Shown here: piece by piece, positions 55,805 to 64,000 of the stretch
Position numbering within the stretch: position 1 is the stretch's first letter
How the letters are laid out: each line of letters starts with the position of its first letter
Origin: Myxococcota bacterium
GTDB lineage: Bacteria > Myxococcota_A > UBA9160 > UBA4427
Assembly (NCBI GenBank): GCA_036336835.1
Contig: JAYZFK010000094.1
Location: 32,001 to 96,000 of the forward strand
Direction of reading: 5' to 3'
Length of the DNA stretch: 64,000 bases
Program-made: the position numbers and the translations under genes
The notes under the pieces: model-generated
Database searches by the model: none
The model's input: only the letters and a program-made list of their open reading frames with translations
What the model was told of the DNA's origin: nothing

Positions 55805-56400
55805 TCCGCGGCTCCGGCACCGGAACTCGTGCGCTGGCCCAGAAAGTTGGCCAGCAGCTGCTTGCCGACGTTCGTCAGAATCGATTCCGGGTGGAACTGC
55901 ACGCCCTCGATCGGGAGCTCGCGGTGCCGCACGCCCATGATCTCGCCGTCCTCGCTGCGGGCGCTCACGTCGAGCTCCTCGGGCCGGCTGGCCTCTTCGA
56001 TCACCAGTGAGTGATAGCGGGTGGCCTCGAACAGCGCGGGCAGGCCCGCGAAGACGCCCTTGCCGTCGTGCTCGATCGTCGAGGTCTTGCCGTGCATGAT
56101 CGATCGCGCTCGCACGATGCGGCCGCCAAACACCTGACCGATCGACTGGTGCCCGAGGCACACCCCGAGCACCGGGATACCTCCCTCGGCAAAGGCACGC
56201 ACGCAAGCAAGCGAGACCCCGGCGTCGTCGGGCGTTCCCGGACCCGGCGAGATCACCAGACCGTCGGGGGCGCGCCCGACCAACGCCTCGACCGGCTCGA
56301 CGTCGTTGCGCACCACCTCGACCTCGGCACCGAGCTCACCCAGGTACTGGACCAGGTTGTAGGTGAAGGAGTCGTAGTTATCGATGATCAACAACCGCAT
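55801..56400 (-). CDS. trpG: Anthranilate synthase component II (glutamine amidotransferase)
   Basis: IDNYDSFTYNL, ISPGPG, GVCLGHQ and GVQFHPES. Confidence 0.96.
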   Translation of the reverse strand: MRLLIIDNYDSFTYNLVQYLGELGAEVEVVRNDVEPVEALVGRAPDGLVISPGPGTPDDAGVSLACVRAFAEGGIPVLGVCLGHQSIGQVFGGRIVRARSIMHGKTSTIEHDGKGVFAGLPALFEATRYHSLVIEEASRPEELDVSARSEDGEIMGVRHRELPIEGVQFHPESILTNVGKQLLANFLGQRTSSGAGAAE

Positions 56401-56410
56401 CGGCGCGCTC

Positions 56411-57898
56411 TCAGTCCGTCCCTTCGCGCGCCAGGTCGATGGCGTGCACCAGCGCACGGGACTTGTTGAGCGTCTCCTTGAACTCGAGCTCGGGGTCGGA
56501 GTCCGCCACCACGCCGGCCCCTGCGAGCAGCGTGATCTTCTCGTCCTTCACCACCATGGTGCGAATCGTGATCGCCATGTCCATGTTGCCCGAGTAATCG
56601 ATGTAGCCGACACAGCCCCCGTAGATCCCGCGCCGAACCGTCTCGAGCTCGTCGATGATCTCCATGGCCCGCACCTTGGGCGCTCCGGACAGCGTCCCGG
56701 CCGGGAAGGTGGCGCGCAGGACGTCGAGCCAGTCGTAGCCGAGATCGAGCTTCGCCTGCACGTTCGAGACCGTGTGCATGACGTGAGAGTACTTCTCGAC
56801 GTTGGCGTACTCGTTCACCTCGACCGAGCCGATCTGGGCGACCCGGCCCACGTCGTTGCGACCGAGATCGACCAGCATCACGTGCTCGGCGATCTCCTTG
56901 GGATCGGTACGCAACTCGTGCTCCATGCGCGCCTCGTCCTCGGGGTCGCGCCCGCGGCGCCGCGTACCGGCCCGCGGGCGCACATCGATCCGGTCTCCTT
57001 CGAGCCGCACCAGGATCTCGGGCGACGAGCCGATCACGATGGCGCCCTCGATGCGCACGTAGAAGAGATAGGGACTCGGGTTGATCGCCCGCAGCTGGCG
57101 GTAGATCGTGAACGGATCCACCTGCAGGGGCAGCGTGAACTGCTGCGCCAGCACCACCTGGAAGACGTCGCCAGCCTCGACGTACTCCTTCCCGCGCTTC
57201 ACGATCTCGTGGTACGCCTCGCGCGTCAGGTTGCGTTCGACCTCCATCGGCTGCCGCGAGGCCTCTCGCCGAGGCTCGGGTTCGATCGGCGCGCGCAGCT
57301 GATCGATCACCCCGTCGATTTCGCGCCCCGCGCGCGCATAGCACTCAGCCGGGTCATCGCCGTCGCGCAGGCGCACGTGCTTCACGATCAGCGCCGTGTG
57401 ACGCACGTTGTCGTAGACGACCACCACCTCGGGCAGCGTGAACGACAGATCAGGCAGGCCGACCGTATCCGGATTCGTGTCGGGAATGTTCTCGACGAAG
57501 CGCACCCACTCGTAGCCGACCATGCCCACCGCGCCGCCGACGAAGCGCGGAAGATCGAAGCCTTCGGGCTTGACCGGGTGAAGCTCGGCGAGCTTGTCGC
57601 GCAGGAAGGCGAGCGGGTCGCCCTCGACCTCGACCTGCTCGCGCGCATCGCCCTCGATCCACTCGACCTGACGACCCTGGGCGCGGAAGCGCGCCCGGGC
57701 ACCAGTCCCGACGAAGCTGTAGCGGGCCCATTTTTCGCCGCCCTGCACCGACTCCAGCAGGAAGCTGGTCTCACCGTCGTCGAGCCGGCGGAACAGCGAC
57801 AGGGGCGTGTCGAGGTCGGCGAGGATCTCGCGCACCACCGGAATCAGATTGCCCTGGGTGGCGAGTTCCTCGAACTGTTCGAGCGACGGGCGGAGCAA
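56411..57898 (-). CDS. trpE: Anthranilate synthase component I
   Basis: FLLES, NPSPY, SSPE, EHVMLVDLGRND and FPAGTLSGAPK; TTG start after GAGG. Confidence 0.96.
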   Translation of the reverse strand: MLRPSLEQFEELATQGNLIPVVREILADLDTPLSLFRRLDDGETSFLLESVQGGEKWARYSFVGTGARARFRAQGRQVEWIEGDAREQVEVEGDPLAFLRDKLAELHPVKPEGFDLPRFVGGAVGMVGYEWVRFVENIPDTNPDTVGLPDLSFTLPEVVVVYDNVRHTALIVKHVRLRDGDDPAECYARAGREIDGVIDQLRAPIEPEPRREASRQPMEVERNLTREAYHEIVKRGKEYVEAGDVFQVVLAQQFTLPLQVDPFTIYRQLRAINPSPYLFYVRIEGAIVIGSSPEILVRLEGDRIDVRPRAGTRRRGRDPEDEARMEHELRTDPKEIAEHVMLVDLGRNDVGRVAQIGSVEVNEYANVEKYSHVMHTVSNVQAKLDLGYDWLDVLRATFPAGTLSGAPKVRAMEIIDELETVRRGIYGGCVGYIDYSGNMDMAITIRTMVVKDEKITLLAGAGVVADSDPELEFKETLNKSRALVHAIDLAREGTD

Positions 57899-57970
57899 CG
57901 GGGCCTCACTCGCTCCGCGGGGGGGCGGCGGAGCACGACGGGCACGAGAGAGCGAACGAGCGGTCCAGAC

Positions 57971-57999
57971 ATCGAAGCAGAGCCCACGCGGGGCGTCAA
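57971..57999 (-). promoter_or_regulatory. Candidate sigma70 promoter of the trp operon
   Basis: Minus strand TTGACG-N17-TTCGAT with TG upstream of the -10; the -10 is imperfect. Confidence 0.4.
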
Positions 58000-58019
58000 C
58001 CGAGCCGGCCTCGAGCCGC

Positions 58020-60446
58020 TCAGTCGGTCCGGAACCAGCCCTTGCCGGCGAACGGATTGTCCAGGTCGTCGCCCAGCCCGACCACCGTGTAGCGGAACTG
58101 GAAGCGCACCTCCTCGCTTCGGCTCGAGCTGACCTGGAGGCCCGCCGCCCAGCAATCGCAGCTCGACATGTAGTCGATCGACCCGGAGTTCGTCAGGAAG
58201 AAGTCACCCACAAAGCTGTAGTTGGCGCGGTAGTTCAGCCGGATGCGACCGAGCAGCCGTACCGAAATCGCGCCCGAGAGCTGATTGATCTCATCGAACT
58301 GGTCGACGAAGTTCTCGAACCTGGCGGTCTGGAAGTTCTCGAAGAAGTCCGGGCCGTCGGGTACCCGGCGGTAGCCGAAGGTCGTCGCGATCCCCCACGG
58401 CCAGCGTATGGTGGAGCGCGCGAGAACCTCGTCGAGCTTGCCTCGCTGGGCGTCGAGGGCGACCTGGAAGCGGTTGGTCGTCCAACCGAGGCGAATGCGC
58501 CGCCCCTCCGCAACGAAGCGACCCGCCCGTCCGCCCGAAGCGAAGTCGTAGTCGACGCCGAGGCCGAGCTCGCCCACCAGCTGGCGGCGACCGCCGGTCC
58601 GGCGGTACAGCCGGTGATCGAGGGAGGCCACGATCCGGTTGGTCGCTGGAATCTCGTCGGAGGGATCGAGGATCAAGTTGTCGAGCGCGCGCTGGCGCAG
58701 TCTGTACTGGGTGACTGCGGTCCGCGGCGTAAACAGCGGGTTGCGGGACTGCCCGCGGCCCTGCGAGACGTAGACCCAGCTCAAACGTGGGATCATTCGG
58801 TGCTCGAGCGAGCGCCCGTGCCCCAGCTGATAACGACGCTCCATCCGGATCAGCAGATCGCTGCGACCGGTCGCGAGGCCGCGCTGCTCGAAAGCCTGCT
58901 GGTCGCTGTAGTAGAGCGTCTGCTTCCAGCCGATCTCCGCGTTCCACTCGACGGCGCCGAACAGTCGCAGCGGGATCGACAGCCGCGGGTGCAGGGTGGC
59001 GCGGTGGCCAAAGTCGAACAGCGCCTCGCCTTCCTCGAACAGCCCGTTGTCCCGGGTGTCGTCGACGGGCGGTGCACCCGGGGCGATCGGAATCGCGCTG
59101 ATCCCAACGTCGACGAAACGGCGGCCGAGGACCGGCGGCGACGTGGTGTAACCGCGGTCCCGAAAGGTCGATAGCGGATCCTGGAGCCGCCCGAAGTACT
59201 CGTAGTCGACGTCCAGGCCAAATCCGAGCCACGAGAGCCCGGCGACCGGGCCCGGCAACCACTGCGCTTCGAGATCCACGAACCGCTGCAGCAGATAGGG
59301 ATCGCGGTCGTCGAAGTCGGTGCTCTGCAGATCATCCGCGAACAGGCTGGCCAGCTCGAGACCGAAGCGGCCGTCGCGGCCGAACTGGCGGAACCCGAAA
59401 GCCGCCGACTCCAGGAAGCGATCGCGTCTCCGATCGCGAAGGTCATCGTAGTCGCGCAGGTACTGATTGTCGGTGATGTAGGCGGCGTTGATCTTGAGCC
59501 GGATGTCGCCCGGCAGATCTTGATCGTGGCCGAGCTCGGCGAAGCCACGTGCCTGCCCCACCGTCTGACTCGGGTCGAAGCGATCGCCGGTGCCTGGCGG
59601 GTTCTTGTCCCAGGCGAGTGCGCCCTTGGCACGAGTGAACGAACGCTCCCCGTAGACGGTCTGGATCTCGAGCGCCCCCTTGGCGCCGCGATCCTCGGAA
59701 TACGCGGGCGTCAGCGTCATGTTCACGTTGCGCCGCGCCGCCCAGAAGAAGGGCAGCTCGACCGCCAGCCCGTTGCGCCCGCCCGCCAACAGGCGGGGCA
59801 CCAGCAGCCCCGTCTGGCGCTCCGTCTTTACCGGATACATGATCCAGGGCAGCCACACGACCGGAACGCCCAGCACCTCGACCGTAGTGTTGCGCGAGGT
59901 GCCGTAGCCGCCGACCTCGATGTCCGAGCGGGCCGCGTTGAGCTCCCACGGCGGCGTCGCCCGCGGATCCGGGCAGCGACAGGTGGTGATGGCGGCATCG
60001 AGGATGCGGTAGCGGTCCTCACCCGTGCGCACGAGCTGCTCGGCAGCGATCCGCAGCCCCTGCTCGCCAAGGTCGAGCTCGCCGCCGAACAGGACGCCCT
60101 CCAGGTTGTCGACGTCGAACTGGATGAAGCGCGCCTGGACGAGCTCGCCGCCATCGCGATAGCGCACGTCCCCGCTCGCCACGCCCAGGCGCGTGCGCCC
60201 GCTGAAGGTTGCCCAGCGGGCCCGCAGGCTCTTGCGCGCCTGGACGATGTGGACATTGCCCTCGGCGACGTACAGCTCGCGGTCCTGGAAGAAATCGATG
60301 CGGTCCGCGGTGACTTCGACCGGCTCGCCTGGCTCGATCTCGGGCAGCTGGGCTGCCGCGGGCGCGGCCCACAGCCAGAGCGAGAAACCCACGAAGAGCA
60401 GCTGTGCGGGCGCCTTGCGCGCGCGCGCCACGGCGGATCCCTCCAT
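58020..60446 (-). CDS. lptD: LPS-assembly outer membrane protein LptD
   Basis: Signal peptide, OstA-like N-domain (VTADRI, AEGNV), TTC..W, P...ERQTGLL.P, beta-barrel and C-terminal CDCW. Confidence 0.88.
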   Translation of the reverse strand: MEGSAVARARKAPAQLLFVGFSLWLWAAPAAAQLPEIEPGEPVEVTADRIDFFQDRELYVAEGNVHIVQARKSLRARWATFSGRTRLGVASGDVRYRDGGELVQARFIQFDVDNLEGVLFGGELDLGEQGLRIAAEQLVRTGEDRYRILDAAITTCRCPDPRATPPWELNAARSDIEVGGYGTSRNTTVEVLGVPVVWLPWIMYPVKTERQTGLLVPRLLAGGRNGLAVELPFFWAARRNVNMTLTPAYSEDRGAKGALEIQTVYGERSFTRAKGALAWDKNPPGTGDRFDPSQTVGQARGFAELGHDQDLPGDIRLKINAAYITDNQYLRDYDDLRDRRRDRFLESAAFGFRQFGRDGRFGLELASLFADDLQSTDFDDRDPYLLQRFVDLEAQWLPGPVAGLSWLGFGLDVDYEYFGRLQDPLSTFRDRGYTTSPPVLGRRFVDVGISAIPIAPGAPPVDDTRDNGLFEEGEALFDFGHRATLHPRLSIPLRLFGAVEWNAEIGWKQTLYYSDQQAFEQRGLATGRSDLLIRMERRYQLGHGRSLEHRMIPRLSWVYVSQGRGQSRNPLFTPRTAVTQYRLRQRALDNLILDPSDEIPATNRIVASLDHRLYRRTGGRRQLVGELGLGVDYDFASGGRAGRFVAEGRRIRLGWTTNRFQVALDAQRGKLDEVLARSTIRWPWGIATTFGYRRVPDGPDFFENFQTARFENFVDQFDEINQLSGAISVRLLGRIRLNYRANYSFVGDFFLTNSGSIDYMSSCDCWAAGLQVSSSRSEEVRFQFRYTVVGLGDDLDNPFAGKGWFRTD

Positions 60447-60509
60447 CTGCCGGATCAAGCTATCAGAGCGCCCCGGTCGCGGCCATCGGGCGGGTCCTGG
60501 CGGCGGGTG

Positions 60510-61133
60510 TCAAGAGGCGGGAGCGAGGCAGCCGGTGAGCGATTCGACGCTTGCCGCCACCAGCTCGTCTCCCACCAGTCGCAGTACGTTGCGGTCGAAC
60601 AGCTGATGCAGCGCGCGATGCGCCTCGATGATGCTGAGGCCACTCTCGTCGGCCAGCTCGCGCAGCGTCGTCTTGATGTGCAGGCCGTTGGCGTCCGTCC
60701 GGCCCCGGTCGACCAGCCGGCGCACGAGCGAAGCCATCAGGTCATCGACGCCGAGCTTCGCGAGCCGCTTCTCGGTCGCGATCAGCCGCGCCGCGAGCAG
60801 CCGGATCACGCGGATCGACACCTCGGGCCGCTCGATGCACATCTTCTCGAAGGTCTCGGCGTCGAGCTCGAGCAGCCGTGTGGGCTCGACCGCGACCGCC
60901 CGACCCGTGTGCTGCGTGCCAAGGATCACGCTCGTCTCGCCAAAGAATTCGCCGGCGCCCAGGTGCGCCACGGTCCTGCGGCCCGCCGAGTCGAGGCGCG
61001 AGATCTCGATCTCGCCCGACTCGATTACGAAGACCGATGCGCCCTCGGCCCCTTCCTCGAAGATCACGTCGCCCGGCTGGTGCTCACGCGCGTACGCCTC
61101 GCGAATCTCGCTGTCCGTATCGCCGTCGGCCAT
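60510..61133 (-). CDS. Crp/Fnr family cyclic-nucleotide-binding regulator
   Basis: GDVIFEEG, FVIESGEIEI, GEFFGE and a C-terminal HTH-like segment TLRELADESGLS. Confidence 0.85.
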   Translation of the reverse strand: MADGDTDSEIREAYAREHQPGDVIFEEGAEGASVFVIESGEIEISRLDSAGRRTVAHLGAGEFFGETSVILGTQHTGRAVAVEPTRLLELDAETFEKMCIERPEVSIRVIRLLAARLIATEKRLAKLGVDDLMASLVRRLVDRGRTDANGLHIKTTLRELADESGLSIIEAHRALHQLFDRNVLRLVGDELVAASVESLTGCLAPAS

Positions 61134-61181
61134 CTCGCGCCCCTCTGCAACCGCCCTCCGGAGACGCGGGCGCATCCGGGG

Positions 61182-61787
61182 TCAGCTGTCTGGAGATCGA
61201 CCGGCGCGCGGTGAAGCTTGAGGGTCCAGCCTGCCCACAGCTCTCCAGTAGGCGCGGACCCGGGCGAGCGACTGCTCGAGGTCGGCGCGATCGAGATCCC
61301 CGAGGAGCGGGTCTGCCATGGTGCCGTCCGGGGCGATGAAGTAGGTCGCGGGAAAGCCCGGCGCCGCGAAGCGCTGCGCGAGCCCGATATCTGCCAGCAG
61401 GATCGGGTAGCGGACCCGGTGCTTGGCGATCCACTCGGCGACCACCTCCTCGCCGTCTTCGTCGACCGAGATGCCGAATACCTCGATGCCCTCCTCGCGG
61501 TGGGCGTCGTAGAAGGCGTTGATCTCGGGGATGGTCTCCAGGCACGGCAGGCACCAGGTGGCCCAGAAGTCCAGCACGACGATGCGACCCCTCAGGGCCT
61601 GCAGCGCGACCTCCCCCCCGCCGAGTCTCGGCTGGCGGAAATCGGGAGCGGGCCGGCGCGGCTCGACGATCGCGGCGGCCGCGGTCGCTTCCGAACCCAC
61701 CCCGCCCGGGTCGCTGGGTTCCCCGGCGTCGCCGCTGCAGCCGAGTGCGGCCAGCACCCCGGCGGCGAGCAGCGCGAGCCACCTCAC
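61182..61787 (-). CDS. TlpA-family thiol:disulfide oxidoreductase, lipoprotein
   Basis: Lipobox ALGC, APDF, LDFWATWCLPC and cis-Pro GFPATYFI. Confidence 0.9.
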   Translation of the reverse strand: MRWLALLAAGVLAALGCSGDAGEPSDPGGVGSEATAAAAIVEPRRPAPDFRQPRLGGGEVALQALRGRIVVLDFWATWCLPCLETIPEINAFYDAHREEGIEVFGISVDEDGEEVVAEWIAKHRVRYPILLADIGLAQRFAAPGFPATYFIAPDGTMADPLLGDLDRADLEQSLARVRAYWRAVGRLDPQASPRAGRSPDS

Positions 61788-62554
61788 AACAGCAGTCCCT
61801 CGAGCGCGGCGATCCAGTCGCCCACGAAGGCGAATGTCTGGTTCAGGCGCGTGAACTGATTGAACACGAGCAACAGTCCCACCGCGACCAGCGTGCTGCC
61901 CGACACGATCTCCAGAACGCGGAAGTGACGCTTGATGCGCGCGAAGCTGCGGAAGAAGAATTCGATGCTCCAACCCGCCAGCAAGAACGGGAGCGCCAAT
62001 CCGGCGGAGTAGATGCCGAGCAGCAGGGTTCCCTGCGCCAGGGTCTCCCTGCTCGCCGCCATCGCGAGGACCGCCGCAAGAATCGGACCGATGCATGGAG
62101 ACCAGCCGAGCCCGAAGCCGGCTCCGATCAACACGGTGCTGGCGAGCCCGCGCTCACGACCGCCGAGCTGCGGACGCGTGTCGCGGTTCAGGATGCCGAT
62201 CCGCACCAGGCCGGTCATGTGGAGGCCGAACAAAGCGATTACCGCGCCGGCCACCTGTGAGAGGCCGAAATCGATGCCCAGCAGCTCGGCTCGCCAGCTG
62301 CGCACGACCTGACCGATCGCGACCGCACCGACGCCCATCACCATGAACACGAGGGTGAAGCCCGCGATGAAGCCAGCGCTCGCGCCGAGCACGCGTCGCC
62401 GCAGCCCGGGCCCTGGCCCCTCCGCAATCTGCTCGACGGACACCCCGGAGACCAGCGACAGATACGCCGGCAGCAGCGGCAGGACGCAGGGGGACAGGAC
62501 CGAGAGCACCCCTGCAGCGAAGGCGAGCGGAGCCTGGGAGACGATGTCGGTCAC
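61784..62554 (-). CDS. ccdA: CcdA-family membrane electron transporter
   Basis: AGVLSVLSPCVLPLLPAY, GWSPCIGPIL and YSAGLALPF. Confidence 0.93.
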   Translation of the reverse strand: MTDIVSQAPLAFAAGVLSVLSPCVLPLLPAYLSLVSGVSVEQIAEGPGPGLRRRVLGASAGFIAGFTLVFMVMGVGAVAIGQVVRSWRAELLGIDFGLSQVAGAVIALFGLHMTGLVRIGILNRDTRPQLGGRERGLASTVLIGAGFGLGWSPCIGPILAAVLAMAASRETLAQGTLLLGIYSAGLALPFLLAGWSIEFFFRSFARIKRHFRVLEIVSGSTLVAVGLLLVFNQFTRLNQTFAFVGDWIAALEGLLL

Positions 62555-62666
62555 CAGCTTCCCTCTGGCTCTCGCCCGCACGGGGCCGGGCGCATCGGCG
62601 CCCCACCACGGCGTACCAGGCGGGGCACCGAAACCCTTGCCGTCCGCGGCGACCCGCGGCTAGCGA

Positions 62667-63089
62667 CTACCAGCCATCGGGCGCCGAGGCGACGTCCCCT
62701 TCTACCGCCTCGTAGTCCCGCTGGTAGCGATCCTGCGGCAGCTCGCGTCGCCCAAAGAACTCGATCTCGCGTTCGCCCGACAGGTGCTCCGTCGTGATCA
62801 CGTAGTCCCCCATCACCGAGGGCTCGAGGACCACGCGCGCCACGTCCGCATCTCCTCCCGAGAAGACGAATGCGAGCCCGCCCACGAGGACTCCACCGAA
62901 GGCGTACCCCGTCTTGACCGGCGCATACAGCAGACTGGCCACGGCCGAGCCGAGACCGACCCCCGCATTCTTCGCCATCGCCACATCGTCGGCCCACACG
63001 GTCGCCGGCGCAGAGACGACAGCAGTCGCGCACACAAGCGCGACCGCGAAGCGCCGAATGGCGCTTCGTCTGCTTCTGATCTTGTCCAA
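62667..63089 (-). CDS. Exported hypothetical protein
   Basis: TTG start after GGAGAGG; signal peptide ending VWA; hydrophobic LLYAPVK..YA..G segment. Confidence 0.75.
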   Translation of the reverse strand: MDKIRSRRSAIRRFAVALVCATAVVSAPATVWADDVAMAKNAGVGLGSAVASLLYAPVKTGYAFGGVLVGGLAFVFSGGDADVARVVLEPSVMGDYVITTEHLSGEREIEFFGRRELPQDRYQRDYEAVEGDVASAPDGW

Positions 63090-63192
63090 GTTCCTCTCCC
63101 TTCGCGGGTACGGTCAGAGACCGCCCCGCATCCCCCATACCCTGGAAGTCTGCCGGGTTCCTGCGGCCGTGGCAAACTACTGACGGGGTCGC

Positions 63193-63642
63193 TCAGAAGC
63201 GCCGAGCCGTATCGATCAGCAGCGTGACCGGGCCGTCGTTGACCAGCTCGACCTCCATGTGCGCGCGGAAGCGACCCGTGACAACCGTCACACCCTGAAC
63301 GCGAACCTGCTCGACCAGCCGGGTCAGGAGCGGCTCCGCCTGCTCTGGGTCGGCGGCTGCTCCGAACGACGGCCGCCGACCCTTGCGCACGTCGCCCAAC
63401 AACGTGAACTGCGAGACCACGCCGAGCGCGAGGCCGCAGTCGAGCAGCGAGCGGTTCAGCCGACCCGCGTCGTCCTCGAACACCCGCAGCCCAACGAGCT
63501 TGCGCGCGAGTTCATCGGCGCTCGCCTCGTCGTCGCCCTGCGCCACACCGACGAGCGCCAGCAGGCCGCCGGCCATCTCGGCGACGCACTCATCGCCAAC
63601 ACGCACCCGGGCGCGGCTCACCCGCTGGACGACGGCGCGCAT
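63193..63642 (-). CDS. dtd: D-aminoacyl-tRNA deacylase
   Basis: MRAVVQRVS, SQFTL and NDGPVT. Confidence 0.97.
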   Translation of the reverse strand: MRAVVQRVSRARVRVGDECVAEMAGGLLALVGVAQGDDEASADELARKLVGLRVFEDDAGRLNRSLLDCGLALGVVSQFTLLGDVRKGRRPSFGAAADPEQAEPLLTRLVEQVRVQGVTVVTGRFRAHMEVELVNDGPVTLLIDTARRF

Positions 63643-63649
63643 CAGACTC

Positions 63650-64000
63650 TCAGATCTCGTCCTGGCTCGCGAATCGACCCCGATAGATCGCCTCGCCCTC
63701 GGTGCGCATCAGCACGAGCTGGCAGATCCGCACTCCCGCGTGGATCTCGAGCGGATGGCCCGAGACATTGCCCATCTCGAGCACCTGGCGGTTGTTCACG
63801 CCCGGCTGGACCAGCGCAGAGGTCACGTGGATCATCAGGCCCAGCCGCGCGAAGCGACTGCGCCCCTCCAGGAAGCCGCACAGGTCGCCGGGCAGCTGGA
63901 CTCGCTCGCGCGTGATGCCGTGGATCGTTGCGCCCGACTCGAGCACGAAGGGTCGATCGAGCGAGCGCACCGTGGTGTGCTCGCGGTAGTCGCTCTCGTT
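63650..64000 (-). CDS. dcd: dCTP deaminase (5' end outside the window)
   Basis: LEGRSRFARLGL.IH, VLEMGN, RICQL and Y.GRF..Q; the frame stays open to the window end. Confidence 0.85.
   Translation of the reverse strand, partial: NESDYREHTTVRSLDRPFVLESGATIHGITRERVQLPGDLCGFLEGRSRFARLGLMIHVTSALVQPGVNNRQVLEMGNVSGHPLEIHAGVRICQLVLMRTEGEAIYRGRFASQDEI

Noticed and set aside
57899..58019. Possible trp attenuator or leader peptide (MSGPLVRSLVPVVLRR...)
   Set aside because: No Trp codons in any started ORF and no terminator with a U-tract
1..64000. CRISPR arrays, IS elements, prophage or defence systems
   Set aside because: No regularly spaced repeats, transposase, phage structural or defence-domain motifs seen by eye

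Overview
High-GC (roughly 70% by eye), gene-dense bacterial chromosome segment. I found no rRNA, tRNA, CRISPR array, transposase, phage or defence genes. The right two-thirds is core housekeeping DNA, mostly in long translationally coupled minus-strand runs: dcd-dtd-hyp-ccdA-tlpA-crp-lptD; trpEGDCFBA; pheA-hisC-tyrA-rpsA-ihfB-lapA-lapB-mutS-amidase-glnD-xerD-tRNA nucleotidyltransferase; and scpA-scpB-rluB. This gene order resembles deltaproteobacterial/Myxococcota genomes (inference). The left third holds accessory genes: a family-6-like DNA glycosylase, MATE, a LuxR-type regulator, two GT-C-like membrane proteins, a secreted trypsin-like protease, an acyl-CoA synthetase, an F420-dependent Ddn-like enzyme, HupE/UreJ plus PpiC, VOC, TetR, a P450 and DsbA. 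It also holds a minus-strand run SRAP-small membrane protein-SSS-prlC-ATL-acidic orphan-HD nucleotidyltransferase. No unmistakable novel system is visible. The best leads are: (i) an apparent split CC-adding plus A-adding tRNA-end system; (ii) a damage-response-like operon containing a very acidic 78-aa orphan; (iii) a structured candidate sRNA divergent from the LuxR gene; (iv) recurring leaderless-type promoters; (v) an unannotated 28-aa membrane peptide behind a sigma54-like promoter; and (vi) a CcdA-TlpA pair upstream of an LptD with two CxC motifs. Start codons were chosen by eye from motifs, RBSs and stop/start overlaps. All family calls come from recognised motifs, not database searches.
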